DNA of 62,808 nucleotides from positions 1-62,808 of the forward strand of contig JAAYUY010000086.1 in the NCBI GenBank assembly GCA_012517435.1. The letters run 5' to 3'. Of the stretch, positions 22,674 through 32,500 are shown in pieces; positions within the stretch are counted from its first letter, which is position 1, and every line of letters starts with the position of its first letter. The notes below the pieces were generated by a model that saw only the letters and a program-made list of their open reading frames with translations, did no database searches and had not been told where the DNA came from. This DNA is from Sphingobacteriales bacterium. GTDB taxonomy: Bacteria; Bacteroidota; Bacteroidia; CAILMK01; JAAYUY01. Both the position numbers and the translations under genes were made by a program.

Positions 22674-22943
22674 ATGGAACAAGCATTAGTTGAAAGGAAC
22701 AGCAGAAAGGTTGTAACAGGAAAGGTTGTTAGCAACAAAGCCGACAAAACCGTTATCGTTGCAGTTGAAAGACGCGTAATACATCCGAAATATAAAAAGA
22801 CCATCAGGAAAACATCCCGCTACATGGCACACGATGAAGACAATGAATGCGGAATTGGAGACTTTGTCATGCTGATGGAAACCCGGCCTTTAAGCAAGAG
22901 AAAAAGATGGCGTTTGGTAAAAATAGTAGAAAAAGCCAAGTAA
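22674..22943 (+). CDS. rpsQ: 30S ribosomal protein S17
   Basis: 89 aa ([27 protein letters not shown]). Confidence 0.95.
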   Translation: MEQALVERNSRKVVTGKVVSNKADKTVIVAVERRVIHPKYKKTIRKTSRYMAHDEDNECGIGDFVMLMETRPLSKRKRWRLVKIVEKAK

Positions 22944-22944
22944 A

Positions 22945-23313
22945 ATGATACAGAAAGAAACCAGATTAAATGTCGCTGACAATAGTGGTGCAAAAGAAGT
23001 TCTTTGCATCAATGTGTTAGGAGGAACACGCAGAAGATATGCAAGAGTGGGCGATTTAATTACCGTTACTGTTAAATCAGCAATTCCCACCAGCAACATT
23101 AAAAAAGGTACGGTATCTTTAGCTGTTGTGGTCAGAACAAGAAAAGAACACAGGAGAAAAGACGGAAGCTACATCAGGTTTGACGACAATGCCTGTGTGT
23201 TGCTCAACAATGCTAAAGAGCCGGTTGCTACCAGGATTTTTGGCCCGGTTGCCAGAGAGTTGCGTGACAAACAATTCATGAAAATAGTTTCATTAGCCCC
23301 TGAAGTTGTATAA
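22945..23313 (+). CDS. rplN: 50S ribosomal protein L14
   Basis: 122 aa ([22 protein letters not shown] ... [12 protein letters not shown]). Confidence 0.98.
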   Translation: MIQKETRLNVADNSGAKEVLCINVLGGTRRRYARVGDLITVTVKSAIPTSNIKKGTVSLAVVVRTRKEHRRKDGSYIRFDDNACVLLNNAKEPVATRIFGPVARELRDKQFMKIVSLAPEVV

Positions 23314-23316
23314 GTT

Positions 23317-23658
23317 ATGAAAAAGGATAGAATAGATTACAAGCCGAAGATTAAAAAAGGTGATACCGTAATGGTCATCTCAGGCAACTACAAAGGTAAA
23401 ACAGGCAGAGTACTTGAAGTAATTTACAAGGAAGAAAGAGCCATTGTTGAGGGGATCAACATTATTTCCAAACATACAAAACCAAATCAGAAAAATACTG
23501 AAGGTGGCATTATCAAAAAGGAAGCCCCGATACATTTATCAAAACTCATGGTGGTCGATCCGAAAACCAATCAACCAACACGGGTTGGCAGAAAGTTGAA
23601 CGAAAAAAATATTTTGGTCAGGTATTCAAAAAAATCAGGGGAGGTAATTGACAAATGA
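23317..23658 (+). CDS. rplX: 50S ribosomal protein L24
   Basis: 113 aa with a KOW motif ([23 protein letters not shown]). Confidence 0.95.
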   Translation: MKKDRIDYKPKIKKGDTVMVISGNYKGKTGRVLEVIYKEERAIVEGINIISKHTKPNQKNTEGGIIKKEAPIHLSKLMVVDPKTNQPTRVGRKLNEKNILVRYSKKSGEVIDK

Positions 23659-24215
23659 ACTACATACCTAACTATAAAAAGAAGTATTTAGAGGAAGTTA
23701 TTCCGGTATTAAAGGAAAAGCTGGGCTATAAAAACACTATTCAGGTGCCTAAGCTGGAAAAAATTTCCATTAATCAGGGTGTAAATGGTGCTGTGGCAGA
23801 TAAAAAACTGGTTGACAAGGCAGTGGAAGAGTTGACTCTGATTGCCGGTCAAAAAGCAGTTCCAACTTATGCCAGAAAATCTATCTCAAACTTCAAACTT
23901 CGTCAGGGAATGCCTATAGGTGTTAAAGTTACGCTCAGGGGCGACCGCATGTGGGAATTTCTTGAACGTCTGATTTGCATTGCCTTACCTCGTGTACGCG
24001 ACTTCAGGGGAATAAACGATGCAGGCTTCGATGGAAGAGGAAATTATACGTTTGGCATTACTGAACAAATCATTTTCCCCGAAATTGACCTCGACAAAGT
24101 GTCAAAAATCAACGGACTCGACATCACCTTTGTTACCTCTGCAAAAACAGACAAAGAAGCTTATGTATTACTGTCAGAATTAGGATTACCTTTTAAAAAT
24201 AAAAATCAGGAATAA
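23655..24215 (+). CDS. rplE: 50S ribosomal protein L5
   Basis: 186 aa ([12 protein letters not shown] ... [28 protein letters not shown]). Overlaps rplX by 4 nt (ATGA). Confidence 0.97.
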   Translation: MNYIPNYKKKYLEEVIPVLKEKLGYKNTIQVPKLEKISINQGVNGAVADKKLVDKAVEELTLIAGQKAVPTYARKSISNFKLRQGMPIGVKVTLRGDRMWEFLERLICIALPRVRDFRGINDAGFDGRGNYTFGITEQIIFPEIDLDKVSKINGLDITFVTSAKTDKEAYVLLSELGLPFKNKNQE

Positions 24216-24485
24216 ATGGCAAAATTATCAATCATAGTCAGGAACCAAAAGAGAAAAAAGCTGGTCGATAAATACGCAGAAAAGCGTAAAGCATTAAAGG
24301 AAATAGGAGACTGGAAAGCATTAGACCTGCTGCCCAGAAATTCTTCACCTGTGCGTCTGAGAAACAGATGTCAGATAACAGGAAGGCCGAGAGGAAACAT
24401 GAACCATTTTGGCGTGTGCCGTAATGTTTTCAGAGAAATGGCTCATAAAGGTATTATTCCAGGTATTAGAAAAGCAAGTTGGTAA
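24216..24485 (+). CDS. rpsN: 30S ribosomal protein S14
   Basis: 89 aa ([41 protein letters not shown]). Confidence 0.96.
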   Translation: MAKLSIIVRNQKRKKLVDKYAEKRKALKEIGDWKALDLLPRNSSPVRLRNRCQITGRPRGNMNHFGVCRNVFREMAHKGIIPGIRKASW

Positions 24486-24498
24486 AAACAGATATATT

Positions 24499-24894
24499 AT
24501 GGATAGCATTGGAGATTTTTTGACCATCATCAGAAATGCCTCAAAGGCCAGAAAAAGAATTATTGAGGTTGAGGGTTCTTTTGTGAAAAATGAAATAACA
24601 AGAATTTTATTTGAACAAGGCTATATTTTGAATTACAAAATTGAAAATACATCACCATCAAGAACAAAAATAAAAATAGCCCTGAAGTATGACCCGATTA
24701 CTGGTATATCTGCAATTAAAAAAATCGGAAGAATTTCGACACCCGGTCTGAGACAATATCGTGGAAAAGATGAACTTCCCCGGATTATTAATGGGTTGGG
24801 TATTGCCATTGTTTCAACTTCCAAAGGAATAATGACCGACAAGGAAGCACGAAAAAACAATGTTGGTGGAGAACTTATTTGTTATGTTTATTAA
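24499..24894 (+). CDS. rpsH: 30S ribosomal protein S8
   Basis: 131 aa from the ATG at 24499 (MDSIGDFLTIIRNA ... GGELICYVY). The ORF-track start at 24409 would overlap rpsN and adds non-S8 sequence. Confidence 0.95.
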   Translation: MDSIGDFLTIIRNASKARKRIIEVEGSFVKNEITRILFEQGYILNYKIENTSPSRTKIKIALKYDPITGISAIKKIGRISTPGLRQYRGKDELPRIINGLGIAIVSTSKGIMTDKEARKNNVGGELICYVY

Positions 24895-24906
24895 AATGTT
24901 GAGCAA

Positions 24907-25461
24907 ATGTCAAGAATAGGTAAAAAACCGGTTACCATACCTGCAGGCGTTCAGGTGAATATCTCAAAAGGGAATTTTATTACCGTAAAAGGCCCGAAAG
25001 GAGAACTTTCGCGACAATTCAGCCCTGAAATGATTTTTAAAATAGAAGGTAATATTTTAACTGTCGAAAGGCCAAGCGAACAAAAACGTCACCGTTCACT
25101 TCACGGATTGTCAAGGACGCTGATTGCCAATATGATTCATGGAGTATCAGAAGGATTCACTTATCAGCAGGAAGTCGTAGGTGTAGGATATAAAGTTAAT
25201 TCAAACGGACAAAATCTTGAAATGTCCCTGGGCTTTTCACATGACGTTGTTTTTATTTTACCCGATGAAGTAAAAGTAACAACTGAAACCCTTAAAGGTA
25301 AAAACCCGGTCATTACGCTTCAGAGCCACGATAAAGAGCTGCTCGGACTGGTTGCATCAAAAATCAGAGCTTTACGTAAACCTGAACCATATAAAGGTAA
25401 AGGTATTAAATTCGTTAATGAAACTATTAGAAGGAAAGCTGGTAAAACAGCCGCTGGATAA
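24907..25461 (+). CDS. rplF: 50S ribosomal protein L6
   Basis: 184 aa (MSRIGKKPVTIPAGV ... EPYKGKGIKFVNE). Confidence 0.97.
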   Translation: MSRIGKKPVTIPAGVQVNISKGNFITVKGPKGELSRQFSPEMIFKIEGNILTVERPSEQKRHRSLHGLSRTLIANMIHGVSEGFTYQQEVVGVGYKVNSNGQNLEMSLGFSHDVVFILPDEVKVTTETLKGKNPVITLQSHDKELLGLVASKIRALRKPEPYKGKGIKFVNETIRRKAGKTAAG

Positions 25462-25472
25462 AAAATACAGAT

Positions 25473-25835
25473 ATGGATAGCATAAAGAAGAAAAGACAGA
25501 GAAGATTAAGAATCAAAATGGGGATCAGGAAGAAGATAAAAGGCACTCCTGATATTCCGAGGTTAAGTGTTTTCAGAAGCAACTCACACATTTACGGACA
25601 AATCATTGACGATATTCATGGAATAACACTGACTTCAGTAGGTTCCTTAAAACCTGATTTTGATGTCAAAGGAAAAACCAAATCAGAAATAGCCAGACTT
25701 GCCGGAAAAAGACTTGCTGAAAAAGCTGTTGAAAAGAACATCAGTAAAGTAGTATTCGACAGGAATGGTTTTCTATATCATGGACGTGTGAAAGCATTTG
25801 CGGAAGGTGCAAGGGAAGGCGGATTGCAATTTTAA
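25473..25835 (+). CDS. rplR: 50S ribosomal protein L18
   Basis: 120 aa (PRLSVFRSNSHIYGQIIDD ... FDRNGFLYHGRVKAFAEGAREGGLQF). Confidence 0.96.
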   Translation: MDSIKKKRQRRLRIKMGIRKKIKGTPDIPRLSVFRSNSHIYGQIIDDIHGITLTSVGSLKPDFDVKGKTKSEIARLAGKRLAEKAVEKNISKVVFDRNGFLYHGRVKAFAEGAREGGLQF

Positions 25836-25854
25836 CTAAAAAAGTGCTGAAAAA

Positions 25855-26370
25855 ATGGATCATAACATAAAAAGAATTAAAACGAGCGAAATAGAACTCT
25901 CAGAAAGAGTAGTTGCCATCAACAGGGTTACCAAGGTTACCAAAGGTGGACGTACCTTTAGCTTTGCAGCTATTGTCGTGGTTGGAAATAATGACGGTGT
26001 CATCGGATTTGGATTGGGAAAAGCAAGAGAGGTTACAGAAGCCATTGCCAAGGGTGTCAATGATGCCAAAAAAAATCTGCTTCAGGTACCGGTAGTCAAA
26101 GGAACCATTCCTCATGCCCAGACCGCAAAGTTTGGAGGAGCAAAGGTGTATTTGCAGCCGGCAGGACCTGGTACAGGAGTAGTGGCTGGGGGTGCTATGC
26201 GTGCTGTACTCGAAAGTGCCGGAATTACTGATATTCTTGCCAAATCAAAAGGATCTTCCAATCCTCATAATGTAGTTAAAGCTACCGTACGCGCACTGAC
26301 TGAAATGAGAGATGCCTATACCGTTGCAAAAGTAAGAAATATTGAATTAGATAAAGTTTTTAACGGCTGA
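25855..26370 (+). CDS. rpsE: 30S ribosomal protein S5
   Basis: 171 aa ([42 protein letters not shown]). Confidence 0.97.
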   Translation: MDHNIKRIKTSEIELSERVVAINRVTKVTKGGRTFSFAAIVVVGNNDGVIGFGLGKAREVTEAIAKGVNDAKKNLLQVPVVKGTIPHAQTAKFGGAKVYLQPAGPGTGVVAGGAMRAVLESAGITDILAKSKGSSNPHNVVKATVRALTEMRDAYTVAKVRNIELDKVFNG

Positions 26371-26372
26371 AT

Positions 26373-26552
26373 ATGAGAGAACTTGAAATAACACTGGTGA
26401 AAAGCCTTATCGACAGGCCTGTCAAACAACGTAAAACAGTCGAAGCACTGGGCTTGTCGAGAGTAAACAGTAAGGTCTGTCATACTGAAACCCCGCAGAT
26501 TCTGGGAATGATAGAGAAAGTTAAACATTTGGTGAAAGTAGAATATAAGTAA
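26373..26552 (+). CDS. rpmD: 50S ribosomal protein L30
   Basis: Absent from the ORF track (59 aa). Hand translation gives [59 protein letters not shown], which is L30-like and lies between rpsE and rplO. Confidence 0.9.
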   Translation: MRELEITLVKSLIDRPVKQRKTVEALGLSRVNSKVCHTETPQILGMIEKVKHLVKVEYK

Positions 26553-26557
26553 AAAAT

Positions 26558-27010
26558 ATGGATTTAAGCAATCTAAAACCAGCAGAAGGATCGGTTCATA
26601 AAGCAGGAAAAAGGCTTGGACGCGGAGAAGGTTCAAAAAAAGGTGGTACCAGCGGCAGAGGTAGCAAAGGTGCCAAATCAAGATCGGGTTATTCCCGGAA
26701 AATAGGACATGAAGGAGGACAGATGCCTCTCCAAAGAAGGGTACCCAAATTCGGATTTAAAAATCCAACAAGAGTGGAATATATTCCTGTTAACCTCAGC
26801 AAGCTTCAGGAGTTACACGATAAGTATCAGATTGAAAAATTCGATCTGGAAACCTATCAGAAGTATGGACTGGTATCAAAAAACAAACTGGTGAAAATAC
26901 TTGGAAAAGGTGAACTGACGACAAAACTGGAAATCGAAGCACATGCTTTTTCTCAAAGTGCATTGAACAATATTGAAAAAAATGGTGGCATAGCAACAAA
27001 AATCAAATAA
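26558..27010 (+). CDS. rplO: 50S ribosomal protein L15
   Basis: 150 aa with a Gly/Lys-rich N-terminus ([24 protein letters not shown]). Confidence 0.96.
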   Translation: MDLSNLKPAEGSVHKAGKRLGRGEGSKKGGTSGRGSKGAKSRSGYSRKIGHEGGQMPLQRRVPKFGFKNPTRVEYIPVNLSKLQELHDKYQIEKFDLETYQKYGLVSKNKLVKILGKGELTTKLEIEAHAFSQSALNNIEKNGGIATKIK

Positions 27011-28372
27011 ATGCGGAAGCTGATACAAACCATACAAAACATCTGGAAAATTGAAGACCTGAGAGTCAGGGTGTTATTTACCCTTGGCTTTGTAGCCATT
27101 TACAGATTAGGTTCTTACGTGGTTTTACCAGGAATTGATCCCAACGCCTTGACTGCTTATCAGAAACAGGCCAGCGAAGGTATTCTCGGACTGATCAACT
27201 TATTTGCAGGGGGTGCTTTTTCCAGAGCTTCCATTTTTGCGCTTGGCATTATGCCTTATATTTCAGCTTCTATCGTTATTCAGTTACTTACAATTGCTGT
27301 CCCTTACTTCCAGCGTCTTCAGAAAGAAGGTGAATCCGGCAGAAAAAAGATGAATCAGATTACAAGGGTTCTGACCATTGCCGTGACTGCTTCTCAATCG
27401 GTTGCTTTTCTGGTAAACCTTCGAAATCAGGCAAGCGGGGCAATTGTTTCCGTTACTCATCCTGAGGTGATGTCTCCGGCATTTTTCATGATGACCAATA
27501 TCATCTTACTTACCTGCGGAACCTTGTTCGTCATGTGGCTGGGTGAAAAAATTACCGACCGCGGCATCGGAAATGGTATTTCTCTCATCATTATGATTGG
27601 TATCGTAGCACGTCTTCCGTTGGCTCTCTTTGCCGAATTCGACATGCGGCTGAGCGAAACCGGTGGCGGGCTGGTCGTGTTTTTCATTGAAATTGTTGCC
27701 CTTCTCTTTGTCATCCTGGGAACAATACTGTTGGTTCAGGGGACTCGAAGAATACCTGTTCAATATGCTAAAAGAATCGTTGGTAACAAACAATATGGAG
27801 GTGTCCGCCAGTATTTGCCACTAAAGGTTAATGCTGCCGGTGTGATGCCTATCATCTTTGCTCAGGCAATTATGTTTATACCTGCCACCATTGCCCAGTT
27901 TTTCCCCAACAGCAGTGCATGGAGAGGTCTGGTCGGGGCACTGAATGATTATACCTCTTTTGGCTATAATTTTATTTACGCTCTGATGATAATATTATTT
28001 ACCTACTTTTACACAGCAGTTACCATCAACCCGACCCAGATAGCAGACGATCTGAAACGTAACGGTGGTTTCATCCCGGGCATTAAACCCGGCAAAAAAA
28101 CAGCCTCCTACATCGACTCCATTATGAGCCGTATTACTTTTCCGGGGTCAATTTTCCTTGCCTTTGTAGCCATTATGCCTTCTTTTGCAAAAATGTTTAA
28201 TGTCAATACACAGTTTGCTCAGTTTTTTGGCGGAACATCCCTGCTGATTATGGTGGGGGTTATTCTGGATACTCTGCAACAAATTGAAAGTCATTTGCTG
28301 ATGAGACATTACGATGGTTTAATGAAATCAGGAAGAATAAAAGGAAGAACAGGAACAACAGGAACATATTGA
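27011..28372 (+). CDS. secY: Preprotein translocase subunit SecY
   Basis: 453-aa polytopic membrane protein (LFAGGAFSRASIFALGIMPYISASI). Its start abuts the rplO stop. Confidence 0.97.
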   Translation: MRKLIQTIQNIWKIEDLRVRVLFTLGFVAIYRLGSYVVLPGIDPNALTAYQKQASEGILGLINLFAGGAFSRASIFALGIMPYISASIVIQLLTIAVPYFQRLQKEGESGRKKMNQITRVLTIAVTASQSVAFLVNLRNQASGAIVSVTHPEVMSPAFFMMTNIILLTCGTLFVMWLGEKITDRGIGNGISLIIMIGIVARLPLALFAEFDMRLSETGGGLVVFFIEIVALLFVILGTILLVQGTRRIPVQYAKRIVGNKQYGGVRQYLPLKVNAAGVMPIIFAQAIMFIPATIAQFFPNSSAWRGLVGALNDYTSFGYNFIYALMIILFTYFYTAVTINPTQIADDLKRNGGFIPGIKPGKKTASYIDSIMSRITFPGSIFLAFVAIMPSFAKMFNVNTQFAQFFGGTSLLIMVGVILDTLQQIESHLLMRHYDGLMKSGRIKGRTGTTGTY

Positions 28373-28378
28373 TAAACT

Positions 28379-28600
28379 ATGGGAAAACAAGACGCAATAA
28401 TAGTCCAGGATGGAATAGTAACTGAAGCATTGCCAAATGCCATGTTCAGGGTCCGTCTGCAAAACGGACATGTGATTCTTGCCCATATTTCAGGTAAAAT
28501 GCGTATGAACTATATCCGCATTTTGCCCGATGATAAGGTTAAGGTCGAAATGTCGCCTTACGACCTCTCAAAAGGAAGAATAATTTTCAGATATAAGTAA
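28379..28600 (+). CDS. infA: Translation initiation factor IF-1
   Basis: 73 aa ([62 protein letters not shown]). Confidence 0.97.
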   Translation: MGKQDAIIVQDGIVTEALPNAMFRVRLQNGHVILAHISGKMRMNYIRILPDDKVKVEMSPYDLSKGRIIFRYK

Positions 28601-28605
28601 AGATT

Positions 28606-28722
28606 ATGAAAGTAAGAGTATCTATTAAAAAAAGAAGCCCGGAGGACAAAATTGTCAGAAGAAAGGGGAAATTATTTGTGATTAACAAAAAAAATCCAAG
28701 AAATAAACAAAGACAAGGATAA
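28606..28722 (+). CDS. rpmJ: 50S ribosomal protein L36 (Cys-free form)
   Basis: Absent from the ORF track (38 aa). Hand translation gives [38 protein letters not shown]. Lies between infA and rpsM. Confidence 0.88.
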   Translation: MKVRVSIKKRSPEDKIVRRKGKLFVINKKNPRNKQRQG

Positions 28723-28725
28723 ACT

Positions 28726-29106
28726 ATGGCACGTATTCGAGGAATTGAATTACCCAATAAGCGTGGCGATATTAGCCTGACTTATATTTATGGAATAGGA
28801 AAATCATCAGCCCGTAAAATACTTGAAAAGGCAGGCGTTGATTTTTCCTTAAAGGTAGATAAGTGGACAGACGAACAGTTGGTAGCTATCCGTAATATTA
28901 TTAACGAAGAGTACAAAACTGAAGGTGAATTAAGGTCGGAAGTTCAGATGAACATAAAGAGGCTGATAGATATCGGATGTTATCGTGGAATACGTCACCG
29001 TAAAGGATTGCCTGTCAGAGGACAACGGACGCATACCAATGCACGCACTCGTAAGGGAAAGAAAAAAGGAGCAATTGCAAATAAAAAACAAGTCGGTAAA
29101 AAATAA
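28726..29106 (+). CDS. rpsM: 30S ribosomal protein S13
   Basis: 126 aa ([10 protein letters not shown] ... [27 protein letters not shown]). Confidence 0.97.
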   Translation: MARIRGIELPNKRGDISLTYIYGIGKSSARKILEKAGVDFSLKVDKWTDEQLVAIRNIINEEYKTEGELRSEVQMNIKRLIDIGCYRGIRHRKGLPVRGQRTHTNARTRKGKKKGAIANKKQVGKK

Positions 29107-29110
29107 TTAA

Positions 29111-29506
29111 ATGGCAAAGAAACAAAGAGTCAGAACGGTTAAGAAAAGAAAGGTCGTTGTTGACCCAATAGGAATTATTTTCGTCAAAGCAACATTCAAC
29201 AATATCATTGTAACCATTACCAACAGTAGTGGACAGGTGATATCATGGTCATCAGCCGGAAAAATGGGATTCAGAGGCTCAAAGAAAAACACACCTTATG
29301 CCGCACAGAAAGCAGCAGAAGACTGTGCCAAGGTAGCTTTTGAGCTGGGTGTCAGACGTGCCGATGCTTATGTGAAAGGACCGGGTGCAGGACGTGATGC
29401 AGCTATCAGAACCATCAATAATACAGGGATTGAAATAACCTCTATTCACGACACTACGCCCATCCCCCATAACGGATGCCGCCCCCCGAAAAGAAGAAGA
29501 GTTTAA
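29111..29506 (+). CDS. rpsK: 30S ribosomal protein S11
   Basis: 131 aa ([38 protein letters not shown] ... [16 protein letters not shown]). Confidence 0.97.
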   Translation: MAKKQRVRTVKKRKVVVDPIGIIFVKATFNNIIVTITNSSGQVISWSSAGKMGFRGSKKNTPYAAQKAAEDCAKVAFELGVRRADAYVKGPGAGRDAAIRTINNTGIEITSIHDTTPIPHNGCRPPKRRRV

Positions 29507-29531
29507 TTGTTGAATAAAATTAAGAAAGAAA

Positions 29532-30125
29532 ATGGCAAGATACATAGGTGCAAAATCAAAAATAGCCAGAAGATTTAAAGATCCTATTTTTGGCCCGGAT
29601 AAAACTTTAAGCAAAAAATCATCACCGGCTGCCAGAAGAAAGGGTAAAATGACTGAATATGCCATTCAGTTACAGGAAAAACAAAAAGCAAAATATACTT
29701 ATGGTTTGCTCGAACGTCAGTTCAGGAACCTCTTTGAAAAAGCCGCCAGAAAACAAGGTAAAACCGGTGATAACCTGCTTAAATTTCTTGAGGCACGTCT
29801 CGATAATTCCGTTTACCGCCTTGGTCTGACACGCACAAGGGCAGCCGCACGCCAACTTGTGATTCACAAACATGTCATGGTCAATCAGCGGGTAGTAAAC
29901 ATTCCTTCTTTCCAGCTAAAACCGGGGGACATCATTTCGTTAAGGGAAAAATCAAAATCTCTTGAACTGGTTCAGAATGCCCTGAGCTCGAAAAGAAATC
30001 ATTATCCGTGGATTGAATGGGATAATGAAACCAAAACAGGAAAATTTGTCAATTATCCGGAAAGAGAAGAAATCCCTGAAAACATCAGGGAAAACCTCAT
30101 TGTTGAATTCTATTCCAAGCAATAA
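29532..30125 (+). CDS. rpsD: 30S ribosomal protein S4
   Basis: 197 aa (MARYIGAKSKIARRF ... RLDNSVYRLGLTRTRAAARQLVIHKHVMVN). Confidence 0.97.
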   Translation: MARYIGAKSKIARRFKDPIFGPDKTLSKKSSPAARRKGKMTEYAIQLQEKQKAKYTYGLLERQFRNLFEKAARKQGKTGDNLLKFLEARLDNSVYRLGLTRTRAAARQLVIHKHVMVNQRVVNIPSFQLKPGDIISLREKSKSLELVQNALSSKRNHYPWIEWDNETKTGKFVNYPEREEIPENIRENLIVEFYSKQ

Positions 30126-30139
30126 AAATAATAATAATT

Positions 30140-31135
30140 ATGGGAGTTATTCCTTTTCAAAAACCAGAACGTGTAATTATGCAAAAATCCTCTGATTCAA
30201 AGGGGGTTTTTGAATTCTATCCTCTCGAAAAAGGATATGGTGTTACTATTGGCAATGCTATCAGACGTGTTCTTCTTTCTTCTTTAGAGGGCTTTGCTAT
30301 TACTAACATTAAAATTGATGGCATTGAGCAGGAGTTTTCAACTATCGAAGGTGTCAGGGAAGATGTCGTGAATATTGTTTTAAACCTGAAACAGGTCAGA
30401 TTTAAACAAATAGCTGAAGAAAACGAAGAAAAAGTGTTCGTTTCTATTTCAGGTAAAGATGAATTTCTTGCTGCTGAAATCGGAAAAGCTTCAAACTGTT
30501 TTGAAGTATTAAATCCCGAATTGGTTATCTGCAGCATGGAACCATCCGTACATCTTGATATGGAAATCATTATCAAAAGAGGCAGAGGTTATAAAACCAT
30601 TGAAGACAACAAAATTCCGGATGCCCCGATCGGAATGATTACCCTTGATTCGGTGTTTTCACCTATTAAGCATGTCAAATATAGTGTTGAAAATTTCAGG
30701 GTAGGGCAGGATACTGATTTTGAAAAACTTATTCTCGAAATCACCAGTGATGGGTCCATTCATCCTGAAGATGCCTTAAAAGAAGCAGCCAAAGTTTTGA
30801 TGCAGCATTTTGTTCTTTTCTCTGATGAAAAACTGACTCTTGACGAAGAACTGAAGAAGGAAGAGAAAAAAGTGGATGAAAAATTCCTGCAGATGCGCAA
30901 ACTGCTGAAAACCTCCCTTACCGACCTCGATTTATCGGTCAGAGCCTACAACTGTCTGGCTTCTGCCGGAATTCAGACTTTGGGAGAACTCGTACAGTAT
31001 GACGTTGCTGACTTGTTAAAATTCAGAAATTTTGGTAAAAAATCATTGATAGAAATAGAAGAACTGGTGAAAGAAAAAGGACTGACCTTTGGAATGGATA
31101 TTTCACCATATAAAATAGAAACAGAACAGGAGTAA
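30140..31135 (+). CDS. rpoA: DNA-directed RNA polymerase subunit alpha
   Basis: 331 aa. N-terminal domain ([20 protein letters not shown]) and C-terminal domain ([23 protein letters not shown]). Confidence 0.97.
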   Translation: MGVIPFQKPERVIMQKSSDSKGVFEFYPLEKGYGVTIGNAIRRVLLSSLEGFAITNIKIDGIEQEFSTIEGVREDVVNIVLNLKQVRFKQIAEENEEKVFVSISGKDEFLAAEIGKASNCFEVLNPELVICSMEPSVHLDMEIIIKRGRGYKTIEDNKIPDAPIGMITLDSVFSPIKHVKYSVENFRVGQDTDFEKLILEITSDGSIHPEDALKEAAKVLMQHFVLFSDEKLTLDEELKKEEKKVDEKFLQMRKLLKTSLTDLDLSVRAYNCLASAGIQTLGELVQYDVADLLKFRNFGKKSLIEIEELVKEKGLTFGMDISPYKIETEQE

Positions 31136-31139
31136 GACG

Positions 31140-31721
31140 ATGAGACACGGGAAAAAAATCAATCATTTAAGCAGAAAATCAGCTCACCGTAAAGCCTTAA
31201 TGGCGAATTTGGCTTCATCATTAATTTTACACAAAAGAATTACAACAACAGTAGCCAAAGCCAAAGCATTGCGTAAATATGTTGAGCCGCTGATTACCAA
31301 GGCAAAAAACGATACCACTCATTCAAGACGTATTGTTTTTAGCTATCTGAAACATAAAGATCCTGTCAAGGAATTGTTTGATCAGGTGGCTGTGAAAGTT
31401 GCCGAAAGGCCGGGTGGATATACCAGAATTATCAAAACTGGTTATCGTCTGGGCGATAATGCCGAAACCTGTATTATCGAGCTGGTGGATTACAATGAAT
31501 TGTATGTGAAAGAAGACAAGAAAAAAGCCACCCGCAGAAGAACCCGCAGAGGACCTGCTAAAACTGCTGCAACTGAGACAACCCCTGTTGAAAAAGCACC
31601 GGTTGAAACCAAATCCGAAGAGCTACCTCAGGAGCCTCAGGTTGAACCAGTAGCCGGAGAATCTTCTGAAGAACCCGCTGCTGAAAGTGAAACAACCGGA
31701 CAGGAAGAAACAAAAGAATAA
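31140..31721 (+). CDS. rplQ: 50S ribosomal protein L17, with long acidic C-terminal tail
   Basis: 193 aa. L17 core ([25 protein letters not shown] ... [10 protein letters not shown]) followed by about 75 aa of basic, then E/P/T-rich, low-complexity sequence. Confidence 0.95.
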   Translation: MRHGKKINHLSRKSAHRKALMANLASSLILHKRITTTVAKAKALRKYVEPLITKAKNDTTHSRRIVFSYLKHKDPVKELFDQVAVKVAERPGGYTRIIKTGYRLGDNAETCIIELVDYNELYVKEDKKKATRRRTRRGPAKTAATETTPVEKAPVETKSEELPQEPQVEPVAGESSEEPAAESETTGQEETKE

Positions 31722-31763
31722 TTTAATTAAGGAGAGGAGTAGTTTTTTCATACATGTTTTTTT

Positions 31764-31801
31764 AGTGCCTTTGAGCCTCCCCGGCCAAAGGCACTTTTTT
31801 T
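31764..31801 (+). terminator. Rho-independent terminator closing the ribosomal protein cluster
   Basis: 10-bp stem AGTGCCTTTG (31764-31773) / CAAAGGCACT (31786-31795), with extra inner GC pairs, followed by a 7-T run. Confidence 0.85.
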
Positions 31802-31876
31802 AGCTTAATGTTATTCTCTTATTTCTTTTTCACATCCTCTGAAATGATTTTCAGCTGACTGTTTCCTGTCAGCATT

Positions 31877-31884
31877 TATCTTTG
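31877..31884 (+). promoter_or_regulatory. -7 box TATCTTTG immediately upstream of gldD
   Basis: Exact TAnnTTTG match ending 6 nt before the ATG at 31891. This implies a leaderless or near-leaderless transcript. Confidence 0.4.
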
Positions 31885-31890
31885 CTGCTT

Positions 31891-32490
31891 ATGAAGAGAT
31901 ACCTTGTAAAGCTTAATAATCCGTTTATTTTAGGCTTGATGATTTTTGTTCTGGCGGCTTGCCACGAAAACTATGTCCCTAAGCCAAGGGTTTATCAACG
32001 TATTTACTACCCCAGACATGACTATCAGCTTGCCAGTACTGATTGCGGATTTTCGTCTGAAATACCGGTTTATTCGGTTTTAAACCACGACAGCAGTCAC
32101 AATGCTGAACCATGCTGGTTCAATCTGGTGTTTCTTCCTTTCAAAGCTAAATTACATTTGAGCTATAAGCCTGTCAATCAGTATAATACACTTGATGCGC
32201 TGAAAGAAGATGCCCGAAACCTGGTGTACAAGCATACCGTTAAAGCAGATGAAATAGAAGAAAAACTTTTTTTTACACCCCAGGGAAATTCCGGGATATT
32301 TTATGAATTGAGTGGAAGTACGGCTACGGCAATTTCATTTTATCTTACCGACAGCACTACGAACTTTATCAGAGGAGCACTTTATTTCTCATCAAGAATC
32401 AACAGAGATTCACTCGATCCGGTGATAAATTTCCTGAAAGCAGATATTCAGCATTTTATCGAGACCTTGAAATGGCAAAATCATAAATAG
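31891..32490 (+). CDS. gldD: Gliding-motility lipoprotein GldD-like
   Basis: 199 aa with a lipoprotein signal (LGLMIFVLAAC). PKPRVYQRIYYP, LVYKHTVKAD and FIRGALYFSSRINRDSLDPV match my recollection of the GldD family. I chose the ATG at 31891 over the in-promoter TTG at 31882. Confidence 0.55.
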   Translation: MKRYLVKLNNPFILGLMIFVLAACHENYVPKPRVYQRIYYPRHDYQLASTDCGFSSEIPVYSVLNHDSSHNAEPCWFNLVFLPFKAKLHLSYKPVNQYNTLDALKEDARNLVYKHTVKADEIEEKLFFTPQGNSGIFYELSGSTATAISFYLTDSTTNFIRGALYFSSRINRDSLDPVINFLKADIQHFIETLKWQNHK

Positions 32491-32500
32491 TCTTTCCTGA

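Noticed and set aside
24409-24498. 30-codon N-terminal extension of rpsH in the ORF track
   Set aside because: The extension overlaps the rpsN 3' end in another frame and is not S8-like. The ATG at 24499 gives a canonical 131-aa S8.
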